A stretch of DNA of 64,000 nucleotides from a virus. The position numbers were made by a program, and so were the translations under genes. The DNA is taken from positions 32,001 through 96,000 of the IMG/VR virus record IMGVR_UViG_3300013947_000002; one strand, 5' to 3'. The notes under the pieces were generated by a model. That model was not told where the DNA came from and did not search any database. It saw nothing but the letters and a program-made list of their open reading frames with translations. This document shows positions 1 to 9,509 of the stretch, piece after piece (position 1 is the stretch's first letter; each line of letters starts with the position of its first letter).

Positions 1-780
1 GTATCTTGACTTTTTATCCATATAATATCCTGTTACACAATCCTTCCAAGTTCGATACCACCACTGATACTTATACTTAGAAGATGTCAGATATATACTC
101 TTTGGTTCTTCAAGCCATCTTTTATTATTTGCGTATTTTGGATTATTCAAATAAAGAGGTTGCCTTGGAAATGCCATGCCTTCAAAAATCTGGTCAATAG
201 CAGACTTTTTCATAACTGCCGCTTCGTCATAAATTGTAAAATTAGAACGACTGCGACGGCTAGACTCGACAGGCGCTAATACGCGCAGGACAGAATTATT
301 AAGAGTGTTCTCTATTCTATAACCATCGCCCGGCTTGGTTATAACCAACCATTGTTTTTCGTAGCAATACCTGAGATAAGGAGAGAGTTTGTTAATCAAT
401 TCCCTTTGAATCTTGTCCTCAACAATAGCATTGGCCTGATCTACGGTGGATGCCGTGACAACAATCCAACAATTCGGATAAAGCATAAGCTTACACATTG
501 CAGCACAAGCCGTAACAAACGTTTTGGCACCGCCGCGCCCAGCTCTCCAAAAGAAGGTATCACTAACACCGATTTCATGTATAGCATCGCGCTGATACGG
601 CTTTAACGATATACCAAGATGAAACTCTGTATAAATATCCCAGTTGTAACGGTACAAGGAGTCCCAATCTATAACCCTTTCTTCTATCTCTGCATCGAGA
701 TTCTCATTACCAGATACTGTGCCACGCAATTTGTCAGCCATATACGCCCTACGAATGCCACCCATCTGAGAGCGCCCCAT
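1..780 (-). CDS. terL: terminase large subunit, N-terminal ~260 aa (runs off window start)
   Basis: Own minus-strand translation from ATG at 780. SD aggagg lies upstream and TAATG overlaps the upstream gene. Sequence: MGRSQMGG...KPYQRDAIHEIGVSDTFFWRAGRGGAKTF (Walker A-like)...NFTIYDEAAVM (Walker B-like). Not in the ORF track because there is no stop inside the window. Confidence 0.8.
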   Translation of the reverse strand, partial: MGRSQMGGIRRAYMADKLRGTVSGNENLDAEIEERVIDWDSLYRYNWDIYTEFHLGISLKPYQRDAIHEIGVSDTFFWRAGRGGAKTFVTACAAMCKLMLYPNCWIVVTASTVDQANAIVEDKIQRELINKLSPYLRYCYEKQWLVITKPGDGYRIENTLNNSVLRVLAPVESSRRSRSNFTIYDEAAVMKKSAIDQIFEGMAFPRQPLYLNNPKYANNKRWLEEPKSIYLTSSKYKYQWWYRTWKDCVTGYYMDKKSRY

Positions 781-1604
781 TATGCTTCCTCCTTGCTAAC
801 GTCTGGATATTCGCGAGTACAACAAATTGCATTGCGCAAGCTGCGCATCATCATTGCCTTTTCTTTCTCATAACCAACCTTATCGAGAAATTCTTGTAAT
901 TCCTCACATTCAGCCGGTCTAGTTGATTCTATAATGGCAACTCTCTTCTCAAATGCCCTTTCAGCGTCCGACTTTTGATTACTCTTAAAGTCATCAAGTT
1001 TAAGCAAAGACATAAGTGTCTTAATCTGCGCCTGAGTGTCTTTAGTTACGCCATTTTTATACTGTTCCAATTCCAACTTGCACAAATCACGATAGCGCAT
1101 CTCCATAGCGGTGCCCATCTCAAATACGCCAGACGTATAGCTATCAAACATATCGTCTAGCCATTGACAGTCCTCGTCCTCATAATCGCCACCCCACTGT
1201 TTGCGCCATCTTGCTTTAAGCGCCACCTCATCAGTTTCGCCCTTAGCAACATCGCCCAAATCCTTGAAATTAGACAGCTCCATATCACTATCCCATACAC
1301 CCGTTAATTTATCGGGCGATGTAGACAAGTAGGTATGATACAACATAAATAGACTAGGTTTTTTGCCCTTAGCCGCCTTATCTAGTGTCTCTAAGCATGA
1401 ATTATATTCTGCCCGCCGCATAGGAATGCCAGTCATCATACAGGTTGACCATAACGCCGCGCCTTGGTCTTTGGTCGCATCGAGCGCCTGTTTATATAGC
1501 TCAGTCACGCATGATTTACACGGCTTAATATATTCGCCCGTCTTGATTGGGCTTTTGTAAAATTGGCTATCTTGCTTTTCTTTGCCACAATACGGGCAAA
1601 ACAT
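780..1604 (-). CDS. hypothetical protein with N-terminal zinc ribbon; possible small terminase by position
   Basis: Track ORF 780..1637. Start moved to ATG 1604 (MFCPYCGKEK), preceded by aaaggaa. Lies directly upstream of terL and overlaps it. Function is inferred from position only. Confidence 0.35.
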   Translation of the reverse strand: MFCPYCGKEKQDSQFYKSPIKTGEYIKPCKSCVTELYKQALDATKDQGAALWSTCMMTGIPMRRAEYNSCLETLDKAAKGKKPSLFMLYHTYLSTSPDKLTGVWDSDMELSNFKDLGDVAKGETDEVALKARWRKQWGGDYEDEDCQWLDDMFDSYTSGVFEMGTAMEMRYRDLCKLELEQYKNGVTKDTQAQIKTLMSLLKLDDFKSNQKSDAERAFEKRVAIIESTRPAECEELQEFLDKVGYEKEKAMMMRSLRNAICCTREYPDVSKEEA

Positions 1605-1632
1605 ATTCTCATTCCTTTCAATTTCCAAATAT

Positions 1633-1665
1633 AACAAAACGGCCAGCCCACACAGAGCCAGCCGT
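1633..1665 (-). terminator. intrinsic terminator ending the long ncRNA
   Basis: Minus strand: acggctggctc-tgtgt-gggctggccgt, an 11 bp stem with 3 G.U pairs, followed by UUUUGUU. Confidence 0.5.
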
Positions 1666-2441
1666 TCGTTTATTTCATTTATTCAGTTGTCAAGGTTCAT
1701 ACTGTGATACCCTATCGCTAGGGGCATACGGCGTTTCGCCTTTAGTTGAACAACAGTTCCCATTGAGTTGGGCTTATTGTAGATATGAGGCCGTAGCCTC
1801 CGTCACCTCCTTTCGTCAATTATGCTTCGGATAAACCAGTGGATAATTCAAGAGAAAGTGACCTCCCTTCGGATATTCATAGCCGCCAATGAGTAGTAGC
1901 GACAGGCAGTTTCAGTATGTGCCTAGATACAAGCATTTCGTCAAAGCTCTTACTTGTCAAGCGCCATCAAGCATCTAGCGCTACTCACTGTTATGTTTTA
2001 ATCACGGCTAAGACTCGCTTGGTGTTACCGCCAATTTGGTCTTATTTAATCCCTCATCCCATGCACACGGGAACCGCAGTGCGCCTCATCTTATTTCACC
2101 CACGCATGGCGCTATGTTGGGAAATATGGTGCAATGGGTCTTAGATGTCTGCTCATCTCGCCTTTGCCTACTTATAGCAGAATCACCTGATATTTCTTTG
2201 CCGCATATCAGAAGCGTTTTTGAATATACGGTTTTCATCGTTGCCTTATGGTATACCGCAAACCTTCGATAAGCGTCCACATATCACTCATAGGCAACCG
2301 AGCCATATGCTTCATACGTTCGTATAACACACCTGTTGCTATACGCCTATCATCAAGGATAGGATTTTCGATACTATATTGACGTAGCCCGCCACAGCCA
2401 ACGTCATGCTCGTATTAGGCTCCACTGAATTGTGGATTCAC
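1666..2441 (-). ncRNA. candidate large structured non-coding RNA (~0.8 kb)
   Basis: Bounded by a near-consensus promoter and a terminator. No credible ORF in six frames. Visibly more G+C than its flanks. Many helices, e.g. gaggc-UACG-gcctc (1787-1800), TCCAC/GTGGA, and nested ATAGGC..GCAAC / GTTGC-CTAT. Confidence 0.5.
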
Positions 2442-2447
2442 GGCTCG

Positions 2448-2476
2448 ATTATATTCAACCCTACTAGATGCGTCAA
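2448..2476 (-). promoter_or_regulatory. sigma70-type promoter for the ncRNA
   Basis: Minus strand TTGACG (2476-2471), 17 nt spacer, TATAAT (2453-2448). Confidence 0.6.
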
Positions 2477-2529
2477 TCGCCCCGCAAGCATGATTGACCA
2501 GCCGTAGCTATCACCTAGTAGAGAATGAA

Positions 2530-3714
2530 TCAAAGATAAAATGTTTTACGCCACTCTGCACCATCTTCTGAATATGTAGTAAACATACAGGACGGTCTTG
2601 ACGCTTTACGAATTTTCTTGGCAAATCCATCAACGCCACATACAGAACCAACTCGCCAGCACAGCTTATCGCCTAGCTCGGTAATACCAGCGTTCTTCAT
2701 TTCTTGCCGATGCAGATGCCCAACATAGCACTCGTCAACGTCGATATTATATAAGTTCTCAAAATATCGCATTGTCTCGGCTACGTCGCCGCCATCACCA
2801 TGATGAAGCATAATTGCATTATTTTTAATATACTTAATGGCACAATCTGTATAATCATCAACCGTAATGCCGTCTATTGACTTTAGTCGCTCTTGTAGAT
2901 ACCATACAATGATTTTACCTAGATTTTCTTCCTCAAACTGTGGTTTAGATGTAAGAATGCGGCAGGTATCATGATTACCCCCGACCATTACAACGTTGAC
3001 AGGGATTTCAAGCCGGTCATGCAATTCAACAAACCAATCAGCTAGATATTCAGACAACTTGATAACTGTATCAATAACCGGCTCTCTCAGCTTAGTCAGG
3101 CTGGACGTGCGTAGAATATTCTCTACACAATCACCAAGCACAGCAACCGTAATATCATCAAGCCAAATGCAGTTATCATCATTGCACATCTTGTTAAGCA
3201 ACCCATCAAGCCGCGCCCTCATAATGTTGAAATCGTATTTATTCACAATTTCATTATATGCGCCCTTAATCTCGTAAGTTGAACCAGCATGAAGGTCTGA
3301 AATACAAAGAAGTCCACTCATATTTGTTTGAGGCAATTTATTAAACTCACGAATAGTAAAAGGCTCAAGACATCTAATCGACTCTGCAATCCTCTCCTGA
3401 ATCATGTCAGCTCTTGCGTCTAACCGCTGATTCTGGACATGCTGAATGTTCTCGCTCTGTAATTTCTTGCGCTCTTTCTCCAACTCAGTCTTCGCTTCTC
3501 TGAGTTGGTCTAAAATCTCCGCATCTTTCTCATCTGTCTCGACATCATCTGCACCATTCAGCATATTGCGGACAAACACGGCGCATCTTCGCAGATATTC
3601 GCTTGACCAGACATCCCTATAATCTTCACCAAGACAACGAGCCGTCCATTCTTGCAAGTCAATCAACTTGCTATCTAGTAGCTCAGTCGCTTGTCGTATC
3701 TTCGTTAGATTCAT
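2530..3714 (-). CDS. calcineurin-like metallophosphoesterase (SbcD/Mre11-like fold) with N-terminal coiled coil
   Basis: Motifs in order: ISDLHAGS (DxH), LGDCVENI (GD), GGNHD, MLHHGDGG, GHLH. Confidence 0.8.
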   Translation of the reverse strand: MNLTKIRQATELLDSKLIDLQEWTARCLGEDYRDVWSSEYLRRCAVFVRNMLNGADDVETDEKDAEILDQLREAKTELEKERKKLQSENIQHVQNQRLDARADMIQERIAESIRCLEPFTIREFNKLPQTNMSGLLCISDLHAGSTYEIKGAYNEIVNKYDFNIMRARLDGLLNKMCNDDNCIWLDDITVAVLGDCVENILRTSSLTKLREPVIDTVIKLSEYLADWFVELHDRLEIPVNVVMVGGNHDTCRILTSKPQFEEENLGKIIVWYLQERLKSIDGITVDDYTDCAIKYIKNNAIMLHHGDGGDVAETMRYFENLYNIDVDECYVGHLHRQEMKNAGITELGDKLCWRVGSVCGVDGFAKKIRKASRPSCMFTTYSEDGAEWRKTFYL

Positions 3715-4246
3715 TCAATTTCCGTTCCTTTTCCTTCTGTTTCCGTTCATATTCCTCTTTTTTCTTATTGATGACATTGATAAAATCATCATAGTTCTGT
3801 TGCTTTGCCTTTTCCATGCGCTCTTGTGCTCTTTGCTCAAGCGTTTTTCTTGCTGTTCGTTCTGCCTCGGCCTGAGTCAGCAACTTTAGGTCATTTGGAG
3901 TCAACTTGCGCTCACGGACGCGCTTACGGTATTTCTTTGTAACACCGCGCCCATTGACATTGTTAAGAAAATCTTCGTTGACTTTGTATAATATTTTAAA
4001 CCAAGCCGGATTGATTTGCTCAATAAGCTCCCCTTGTTCATTTTTAGCCATCACCCTACGTTCAGGTAATTCCTCCAATGAGAATGTTCCTACTGCTGGC
4101 ATTTGACACCTGCCATCAAAATGAAGAATGTGTATAATAGTATCAACAAATCCCATCCAGTATTTCTTGGCAGTCTGGGGCGATACATTGAGCAATCCAC
4201 CTGCATAAGTATAAAATTCTTGATTCAGCTTGTTATGTTCGGCCAT
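3683..4246 (-). CDS. HU/IHF-like DNA-binding protein with long basic/acidic coiled-coil tail
   Basis: Start at ATG 4246 (SD aaggaag). Core MPAVGTFSLEELPERRVMAKNEQGELIEQINPAWFKILYKV follows the HU beta-arm pattern. Confidence 0.55.
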   Translation of the reverse strand: MAEHNKLNQEFYTYAGGLLNVSPQTAKKYWMGFVDTIIHILHFDGRCQMPAVGTFSLEELPERRVMAKNEQGELIEQINPAWFKILYKVNEDFLNNVNGRGVTKKYRKRVRERKLTPNDLKLLTQAEAERTARKTLEQRAQERMEKAKQQNYDDFINVINKKKEEYERKQKEKERKLNESNEDTTSD

Positions 4247-4658
4247 CTTCTTCTTCCTTAGCAAACTTAGGATTGTCAGGATAATTCTCTAGTACCCAAG
4301 CGTCCCATTCTTCCTTGGCCGGGCCTTTACCGTACAATGTGCCAGCCTTAACATAACTTGCCATATGTTTCTCGGCCTTGAACTCTAGCCGATAGTAGCC
4401 CTTCCTATCAGGGTAATACATACGCCGCTTCTGAAAGCCGTTCCAATATTCACCCGCTGGCTTGGGCGGATGGTCGCGGAACGTAATCACGCCAATGTCA
4501 GGCAATGAATACTCGACACCGTGCTGTAGCGTCTCGCGGATGATGTCGTGATATGCCGTTAGCACAATTTCAATAATTTTTGTGTCAACGCCTGTGCGCC
4601 GAATCAGCTCTTTTTTCATATCGGCCTTGCCAAGCCGTGGATATTTATTCTTGTGCAA
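4233..4658 (-). CDS. HU/IHF-like DNA-binding protein
   Basis: MKKELIRRTGVD...LPDIGVITFRDHP...YYRLEFKAEK resembles the HU fold. TTG start behind ggaaggag; an alternative ATG lies at 4619. Confidence 0.5.
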   Translation of the reverse strand: MHKNKYPRLGKADMKKELIRRTGVDTKIIEIVLTAYHDIIRETLQHGVEYSLPDIGVITFRDHPPKPAGEYWNGFQKRRMYYPDRKGYYRLEFKAEKHMASYVKAGTLYGKGPAKEEWDAWVLENYPDNPKFAKEEEDGRT

Positions 4659-4734
4659 TTATATTGCTCCTTCCCTATTACTTTACCACTATATATTGTG
4701 GCTGACTCATTTTATCCATATATTTCCTACGATT

Positions 4735-5415
4735 TTAACATATCCCCCGTTCGGACAGGCGGGCTTCACGTGATGCAATGCGGCGCTGATTATCCGCTTT
4801 TTTGCCACACTCCTCAGAGCAATAATGCTGGCATACATCACGTGGTTTGAACCGCTTGCCGCAAATTGGGCAAATTGGATTAAGTGTGGCTGCATTGACT
4901 TTCAGATTCTCTACAATCTGCTTGCCAAAACAAGCCCACAACATTTTTTTATTGCTTGCTTTCTTAACCGTATATAGATACGCCACCAAGCTATTAACCA
5001 CAACATCCAGTGGCTCTTTGCTGTAATCCACAATATCTTGTGCTATGCACCGATACTTGTACAAATCGTCCTCATTGATATGCGGGTCATCGCCATAATC
5101 AAATCGGCGCTGATTCTTAATCCAGTAATTATACCGCTCAATGATTGGCGATTCTTCTCGCGTCGTATAATCAACTTGTTTGTTAATCAGCATTATCCAA
5201 TCAAACTTCCCAATTTTGTTATTATAGTGGATTCGGGAAGTAGGAATTTTGGCCGATATACGATTCATCGTGGAATTGTTGGGAGGCTCTACTTGGGTAT
5301 CCGGGTCTTTGTCTTTGGCGTATTGGAAGAAATTTGGCAATTTGGATTTAGTATATTTTTTTATAATATCTGAAATTTCTTTTGGCGGTTCCGATTTCCA
5401 CAATGTCTTTGCGAA
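4735..5415 (-). CDS. YonO/RdRP-like single-subunit RNA polymerase, exon 2 (C-terminal 226 aa)
   Basis: Frame is open exactly from the predicted 3' splice site (ggtattaaagG|ttcgca). No SD or ATG of its own. C-terminal zinc ribbon CPICGKRF...CSEEC. Confidence 0.55.
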   Translation of the reverse strand, partial: FAKTLWKSEPPKEISDIIKKYTKSKLPNFFQYAKDKDPDTQVEPPNNSTMNRISAKIPTSRIHYNNKIGKFDWIMLINKQVDYTTREESPIIERYNYWIKNQRRFDYGDDPHINEDDLYKYRCIAQDIVDYSKEPLDVVVNSLVAYLYTVKKASNKKMLWACFGKQIVENLKVNAATLNPICPICGKRFKPRDVCQHYCSEECGKKADNQRRIASREARLSERGIC

Positions 5416-6426
5416 CCTTTAATACCGTCTCTTTCGAGATACTTTAACACCACTCTAAGCGGTCGGAGTAGACTATCTCTTCATCTCAATGAGATGGATG
5501 GCACTTCGCAAGTAGGAATTTCACCTACAAGCTACACTGAAAACAGTTAGTCGTTACAGCTTCAAATGTTTGATATTTTAATTTTCTTGATAACCAAATA
5601 TCCAATCCTTATGGGTTTTATTTCGTCCGTGTAACACTCTGTCAATACAGGAATAACTTAAATTGCGGTCTTTTGCAAAATTTCTAATATTCACAAATTC
5701 TACATATTCGCCAGTTTTTAAGTTTCTTCCCCAACACGCCTTTTCGTGCGCCCTAGATGAATTGTCATGCAGGGTGAGCCATCTACAATTTTCTGGACAA
5801 TAATCACCATGTGGATTTATTCTGTCGATAGTCAAATCTTCTTGATAACCATTGGATAACGCCCAATCTCTGAATGTTTCATAAGAATTTAACCACTCGT
5901 CACAAACCGTAATACCCTTTGCTCCATAATCCGCATAGCTACGAACGTTAGGATTATAGCAACGCGACTTCATATTTGACCACGTCCTATAAAGTTTGCT
6001 TCGATTGCCAACTATCGCACCACCAGACTCTCCATGACGAGTTTTGTTCTGATGAACTCTCTCAAGTCTTAAACATCCACAAGAACGAATTGGTTTATAC
6101 TGCTGGACTAATTTGTATTTAACAACCTCGACAATGTTGCCGCAATCACACTTGCATACTACAAGTAATTTACCTTCTTTATTTCTTTTGTCTGGTAATT
6201 CAACAACCGTCAATTTTTCAAATTTATCGCCTATCTTAATTTCATTTGATCTCACACCTAAACCTCCTTTCTTTTATGATAACATCAAACATTCGCTTGC
6301 CACGGTATTGCCATGCGCTCATGCGTTTAGGGTTTTACCGTTAGCACGGCATATGCCGCACACCCTACATTTGTAGGTTCACCATCATTCACATCATATG
6401 TCACCATATGAGTGGACTATCGTTTA
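5416..6426 (-). mobile_element. group I intron with homing-endonuclease ORF, inside the RNA polymerase gene
   Basis: Minus strand carries gctaacggtaaaaccctaa (P3-P4 like), the R element taacGACTAactg and the S element agaTAGTCtactcc (P7 pairing GACTA/TAGTC). The 3' end ggtattaaagg matches the thyX intron end gggtataaagg. P1 is weak (gat/gtc). Confidence 0.7.
5578..6255 (-). CDS. intron-encoded homing endonuclease (HNH-related DRID...NCRW family)
   Basis: GTG start 7 nt after aaggagg. KLYRTWSNMKSRCYNPNVRSYADYGAKGITVCDEW...LTIDRINPHGDYCPENCRW. Paralogous to 37310..38005 and 58639..59334. Confidence 0.75.
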   Translation of the reverse strand: MRSNEIKIGDKFEKLTVVELPDKRNKEGKLLVVCKCDCGNIVEVVKYKLVQQYKPIRSCGCLRLERVHQNKTRHGESGGAIVGNRSKLYRTWSNMKSRCYNPNVRSYADYGAKGITVCDEWLNSYETFRDWALSNGYQEDLTIDRINPHGDYCPENCRWLTLHDNSSRAHEKACWGRNLKTGEYVEFVNIRNFAKDRNLSYSCIDRVLHGRNKTHKDWIFGYQEN

Positions 6427-8325
6427 ATCTATAACTTGATTATTCTTCATTGTCAACCAAGCGATAACCTTGATTTGTTCCTCCGTCATCTTACCGCCAT
6501 TAGCGTTTTTTACCTTCGAAATTGCATTACTGATAGGGCCGATTGAGCCGCCTGTATATGCTGTACTTACACCTTCATATAGCCTGTCTGCGTCGATAAT
6601 ACCACCACGAGCTTTTTTAAGGTCATATGACAGCGGAACAATCCCTTGCATATTGCGCTTTGCTACAGTTGTTAGCGTCTTATCCTTGACAACTAAAGAA
6701 ATATCTCCGTCAAAATCTTGCTGCAAGATACGGCTAATCATGTCATGACAACTAAAATAAACACACTTTGTCCCACCCAACCATTTATCAGTCAATTCAT
6801 TTCGCTTGTTGACACGAACGGCGTGTTCTTGGTATAGGTGCGGACTTCTCAGACAATCAAGCTCGTCGCCATCCTTGAATTGATTAGTATATACTTCACC
6901 ATTCTCAAGTAATCCAGTTGGGAATTGTTCACCCTTGAATAACCACTCACAGAACGCCACAGGGTCAGGTGAGATGAACAAGTATTTGCCATTGATTCTC
7001 AATCTACCGCCTTTTGCTTGTTTGACAAGACTTTTTTTAGTTTGCTTTAATATTTCCCGATTGTAAACATCCTTGAATAATTCTGGATAAATCGTCAACG
7101 CCTCTTGCATGGCTGTTTTTGTCTGATTATACTCAGTTGCCCCAAGCAATCTCATCGTTGTTTGATAGTCACGCCCAACACTGTCAATTTCATCTACTGT
7201 CTTCGCGATAAGCCGCTCAATTTCATTGTCGGTCATATCGCTCAATGATTGTAGCATCTGATAATTGATTCGAGCCTTTGGGATATAATCCTCCTCGACT
7301 TTGCAGCAACCGAAGTGACAACCATAACTCTTAAAGTTCGACTTGTAGCAGAACCAGCTAGGGTAGAATTTGTACAGCTTAAACATTGATTTCGTTAGGA
7401 TATACTGAATATCATCTTCAATGATTTTCCATTCCTTTCCATATATATCCGTAACAGACCAATCATCAGCGGAACAATATTCTTTGAGCCATCCTCTAAA
7501 ATCAAAGTAGGACACCAACCCCTTTATCCACGGGCCGCGCACGATTTGCGTCTTGAATCCGGGCTTACAACACATGCCCCACCCGTCAGTTTCAGCTATA
7601 ACCGTCTCTGATACTTTGCGCGTAATGCTATAATCTGTATAATCAATAAAGTCCGACTCGGCAGTTACCGGCATCTCAAAATCATCCACCACTATACACC
7701 GGTCTATATCAAAATCGTCCATTCTGTCTGTTGCAGATGCCATAAGGCTCTTATAGCTCAACAGCTTGTTTTCATTCATACCGCCCTGAGCGTTAATTGA
7801 ATCGATGGTTAATCCGCACATGAGCGTCTGCTCAACTTCATTATAGTCTTTTTCCCTAACGGCCATAAACCGCTTTGTGCGTATCATGCCAGCGCCGCAT
7901 GAGTAGAAAATGTAATGCTCGCCTTTGTAATTGAAACCATTGTGAATGATGCTATTAAGAATCTCAAAAAAGAACACGTTGACAATGATTATTTTGTCGC
8001 TACGCTCGAACGTCTTGATTCCTAGACTTCGAGTCAACTCAGAACAGAATAGATTGATGATTGTCTTGTCTTTTACTGCGTCTGGATTGAGTTCTCTAGT
8101 AATATTATCTTCGAGAGATTTTTTAAGCAATTTGACAAGTTCGTCTTTATGCTTTTTAATAACACGATTGATAGATGAGACACGCCATTTGCGATTTTGC
8201 CCATCTTTTTCTCGCATACGCAATGTATATAATTTAACAAGACGATTATGAATGGCTTGTTCATCCGATGTATAGAAAGCATCTGTATTGATGGAGGGGA
8301 TGAAGCAAAACTCTGTTAATGGCAC
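6427..8325 (-). CDS. YonO/RdRP-like single-subunit (two-barrel) RNA polymerase, exon 1 (633 aa)
   Basis: GTG start after gaggtgat. CLRSPHLYQEHAVRV...VYFSCHDMISRILQQDFDGDISLVVKD matches the cellular-RdRP/YonO catalytic pattern (P-x-L-H-like strand, then DxDGD). The joined length of 859 aa is consistent with my recollection of YonO at roughly 800-plus aa; I could not verify that here. Confidence 0.6.
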
Positions 8326-8457
8326 TTAGTAAATCACCTCTAATTCATTTTCTGAACTTCCATATATCCAAAGCGCCCAATCGCACTCAGTTGGCTCATA
8401 TTCATCATCCCATACCTCTGGTTCAGTATCGTCGCGCCGATACCAGTTATAGCTCAT
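8326..8457 (-). CDS. small hypothetical protein (43 aa)
   Basis: Own translation: MSYNWYRRDDTEPEVWDDEYEPTECDWALWIYGSSENELEVIY. ATGA overlap with bro; its stop abuts the RNAP GTG start. Confidence 0.4.
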   Translation of the reverse strand: MSYNWYRRDDTEPEVWDDEYEPTECDWALWIYGSSENELEVIY

Positions 8458-9113
8458 TTCGCTCCACAATTCTCCTTATCACCTCTTTCCTGCGACTGAA
8501 TAAACTTGCAAAATTCCTCCATTAGTCCATTGTCTGCAATCCACTCAATCTTTGTCTTATGTTCAGCAACCGCCTTAGTGTTGATATTATAACCAAGTTG
8601 CTTACTGAACCCAATATACATATCGCGCCAAGCATTGTCGGCGTTGTGCTTGTTCATATTATTAGCTCGGATGATATCTCGCATCAGCCTATAGCAATAA
8701 GCGCGGTCGAATTTGACTGGACACGTCTCTTTGAACACACCACTACTGTCAATGTATCGACCATACTTACGAATTGACGGTAAGACCTCATGTGTGACCC
8801 AGCGTCTGAATTTGCGCAACTCGGCTTCGCGCCTTGCAATGTCTTCTTTAGCTGCTCCACGAACCATCTTTGGCTTCATTATGAACAACGCCTGATAAAG
8901 ACCCGGTTCATTGACAGTCAACACCTTCTGCTTTCCGCCAAGGGTGTTCACAATGCGAATACCCTTTTCATCGTCATCGAGCCGATTTGCGATGTGGCTG
9001 ACGTTCTTAACATACAAAATATCGCAAATATCCTTTAGTACAAACCAGACCTCACCATCAACTTCTGCGACTCTCACGCCTTGTGTAGTATATTCAAATT
9101 CCTTAAATTCCAT
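8454..9113 (-). CDS. Bro-N domain antirepressor-like protein
   Basis: N-terminus FEYTTQGVRVAEVDGEVWFVLKDICDILYVKNVSHIANRLDDDEKG...NEPGLYQALF is the typical Bro-N signature. Confidence 0.85.
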   Translation of the reverse strand: MEFKEFEYTTQGVRVAEVDGEVWFVLKDICDILYVKNVSHIANRLDDDEKGIRIVNTLGGKQKVLTVNEPGLYQALFIMKPKMVRGAAKEDIARREAELRKFRRWVTHEVLPSIRKYGRYIDSSGVFKETCPVKFDRAYCYRLMRDIIRANNMNKHNADNAWRDMYIGFSKQLGYNINTKAVAEHKTKIEWIADNGLMEEFCKFIQSQERGDKENCGAK

Positions 9114-9200
9114 ATTTTTATTAGCCTCCTTGAGCTTAATGCCATTATATCATAATATAACTTGATATTTGTCAAGTAATAATTTCGGTCTAAAATTTAT

Positions 9201-9220
9201 CCCCCTATAACCCCCTATAA
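9201..9220. repeat. tandem 10-mer CCCCCTATAA x2, with an inverted near-copy at 9409-9418
   Basis: Direct reading. ttgtaggggg at 9409-9418 is the reverse complement with 1 mismatch. Confidence 0.8.
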
Positions 9221-9309
9221 GGTATAATTAAATACTAACGTATTTAATTATTTACTATATTATATCACAAATTTTTCTATTTGTCAATAGCAAAAATAAA
9301 AAATTTTCT

Positions 9310-9338
9310 CTTGACATTGTATTGCTTCTATGATATAT
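9310..9338 (+). promoter_or_regulatory. sigma70-type promoter (upstream of two tandem rightward promoters)
   Basis: TTGACA 9310-9315, 17 nt spacer, TATATT 9333-9338. Followed by the palindromes atattacta-gta-tagtaatat and ACAGTATATACTGT. Confidence 0.5.
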
Positions 9339-9459
9339 TACTAGTATAGTAATATATAAGTATTAACAGTATATACTGTAATAATAATTATTTTTTATAG
9401 AAAAGGGGTTGTAGGGGGAAAACCGTCAAATTGTAAACGAATTGTAAATGAAATTGTTC

Positions 9460-9488
9460 TTGACAAGTTGCGCGACATATGCTATAAT
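9460..9488 (+). promoter_or_regulatory. sigma70-type promoter of the rightward gene block
   Basis: TTGACA 9460-9465, 17 nt spacer, TATAAT 9483-9488. Confidence 0.7.
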
Positions 9489-9509
9489 CTTGCCATGAGG
9501 TGAAAAACA

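Noticed and set aside
352-873. Two 84-aa plus-strand ORFs at the window start
   Set aside because: They lie antisense to the clearly coding terminase large-subunit frame (Walker motifs on the minus strand).
1640-2530. ORF-less group II intron
   Set aside because: No GUGYG 5' end adjoins an exon. No convincing 34-nt domain V: the gagccatatgc...acgttc candidate is too short and mispaired. No split host gene flanks it. An independent promoter and terminator fit a free-standing RNA better.
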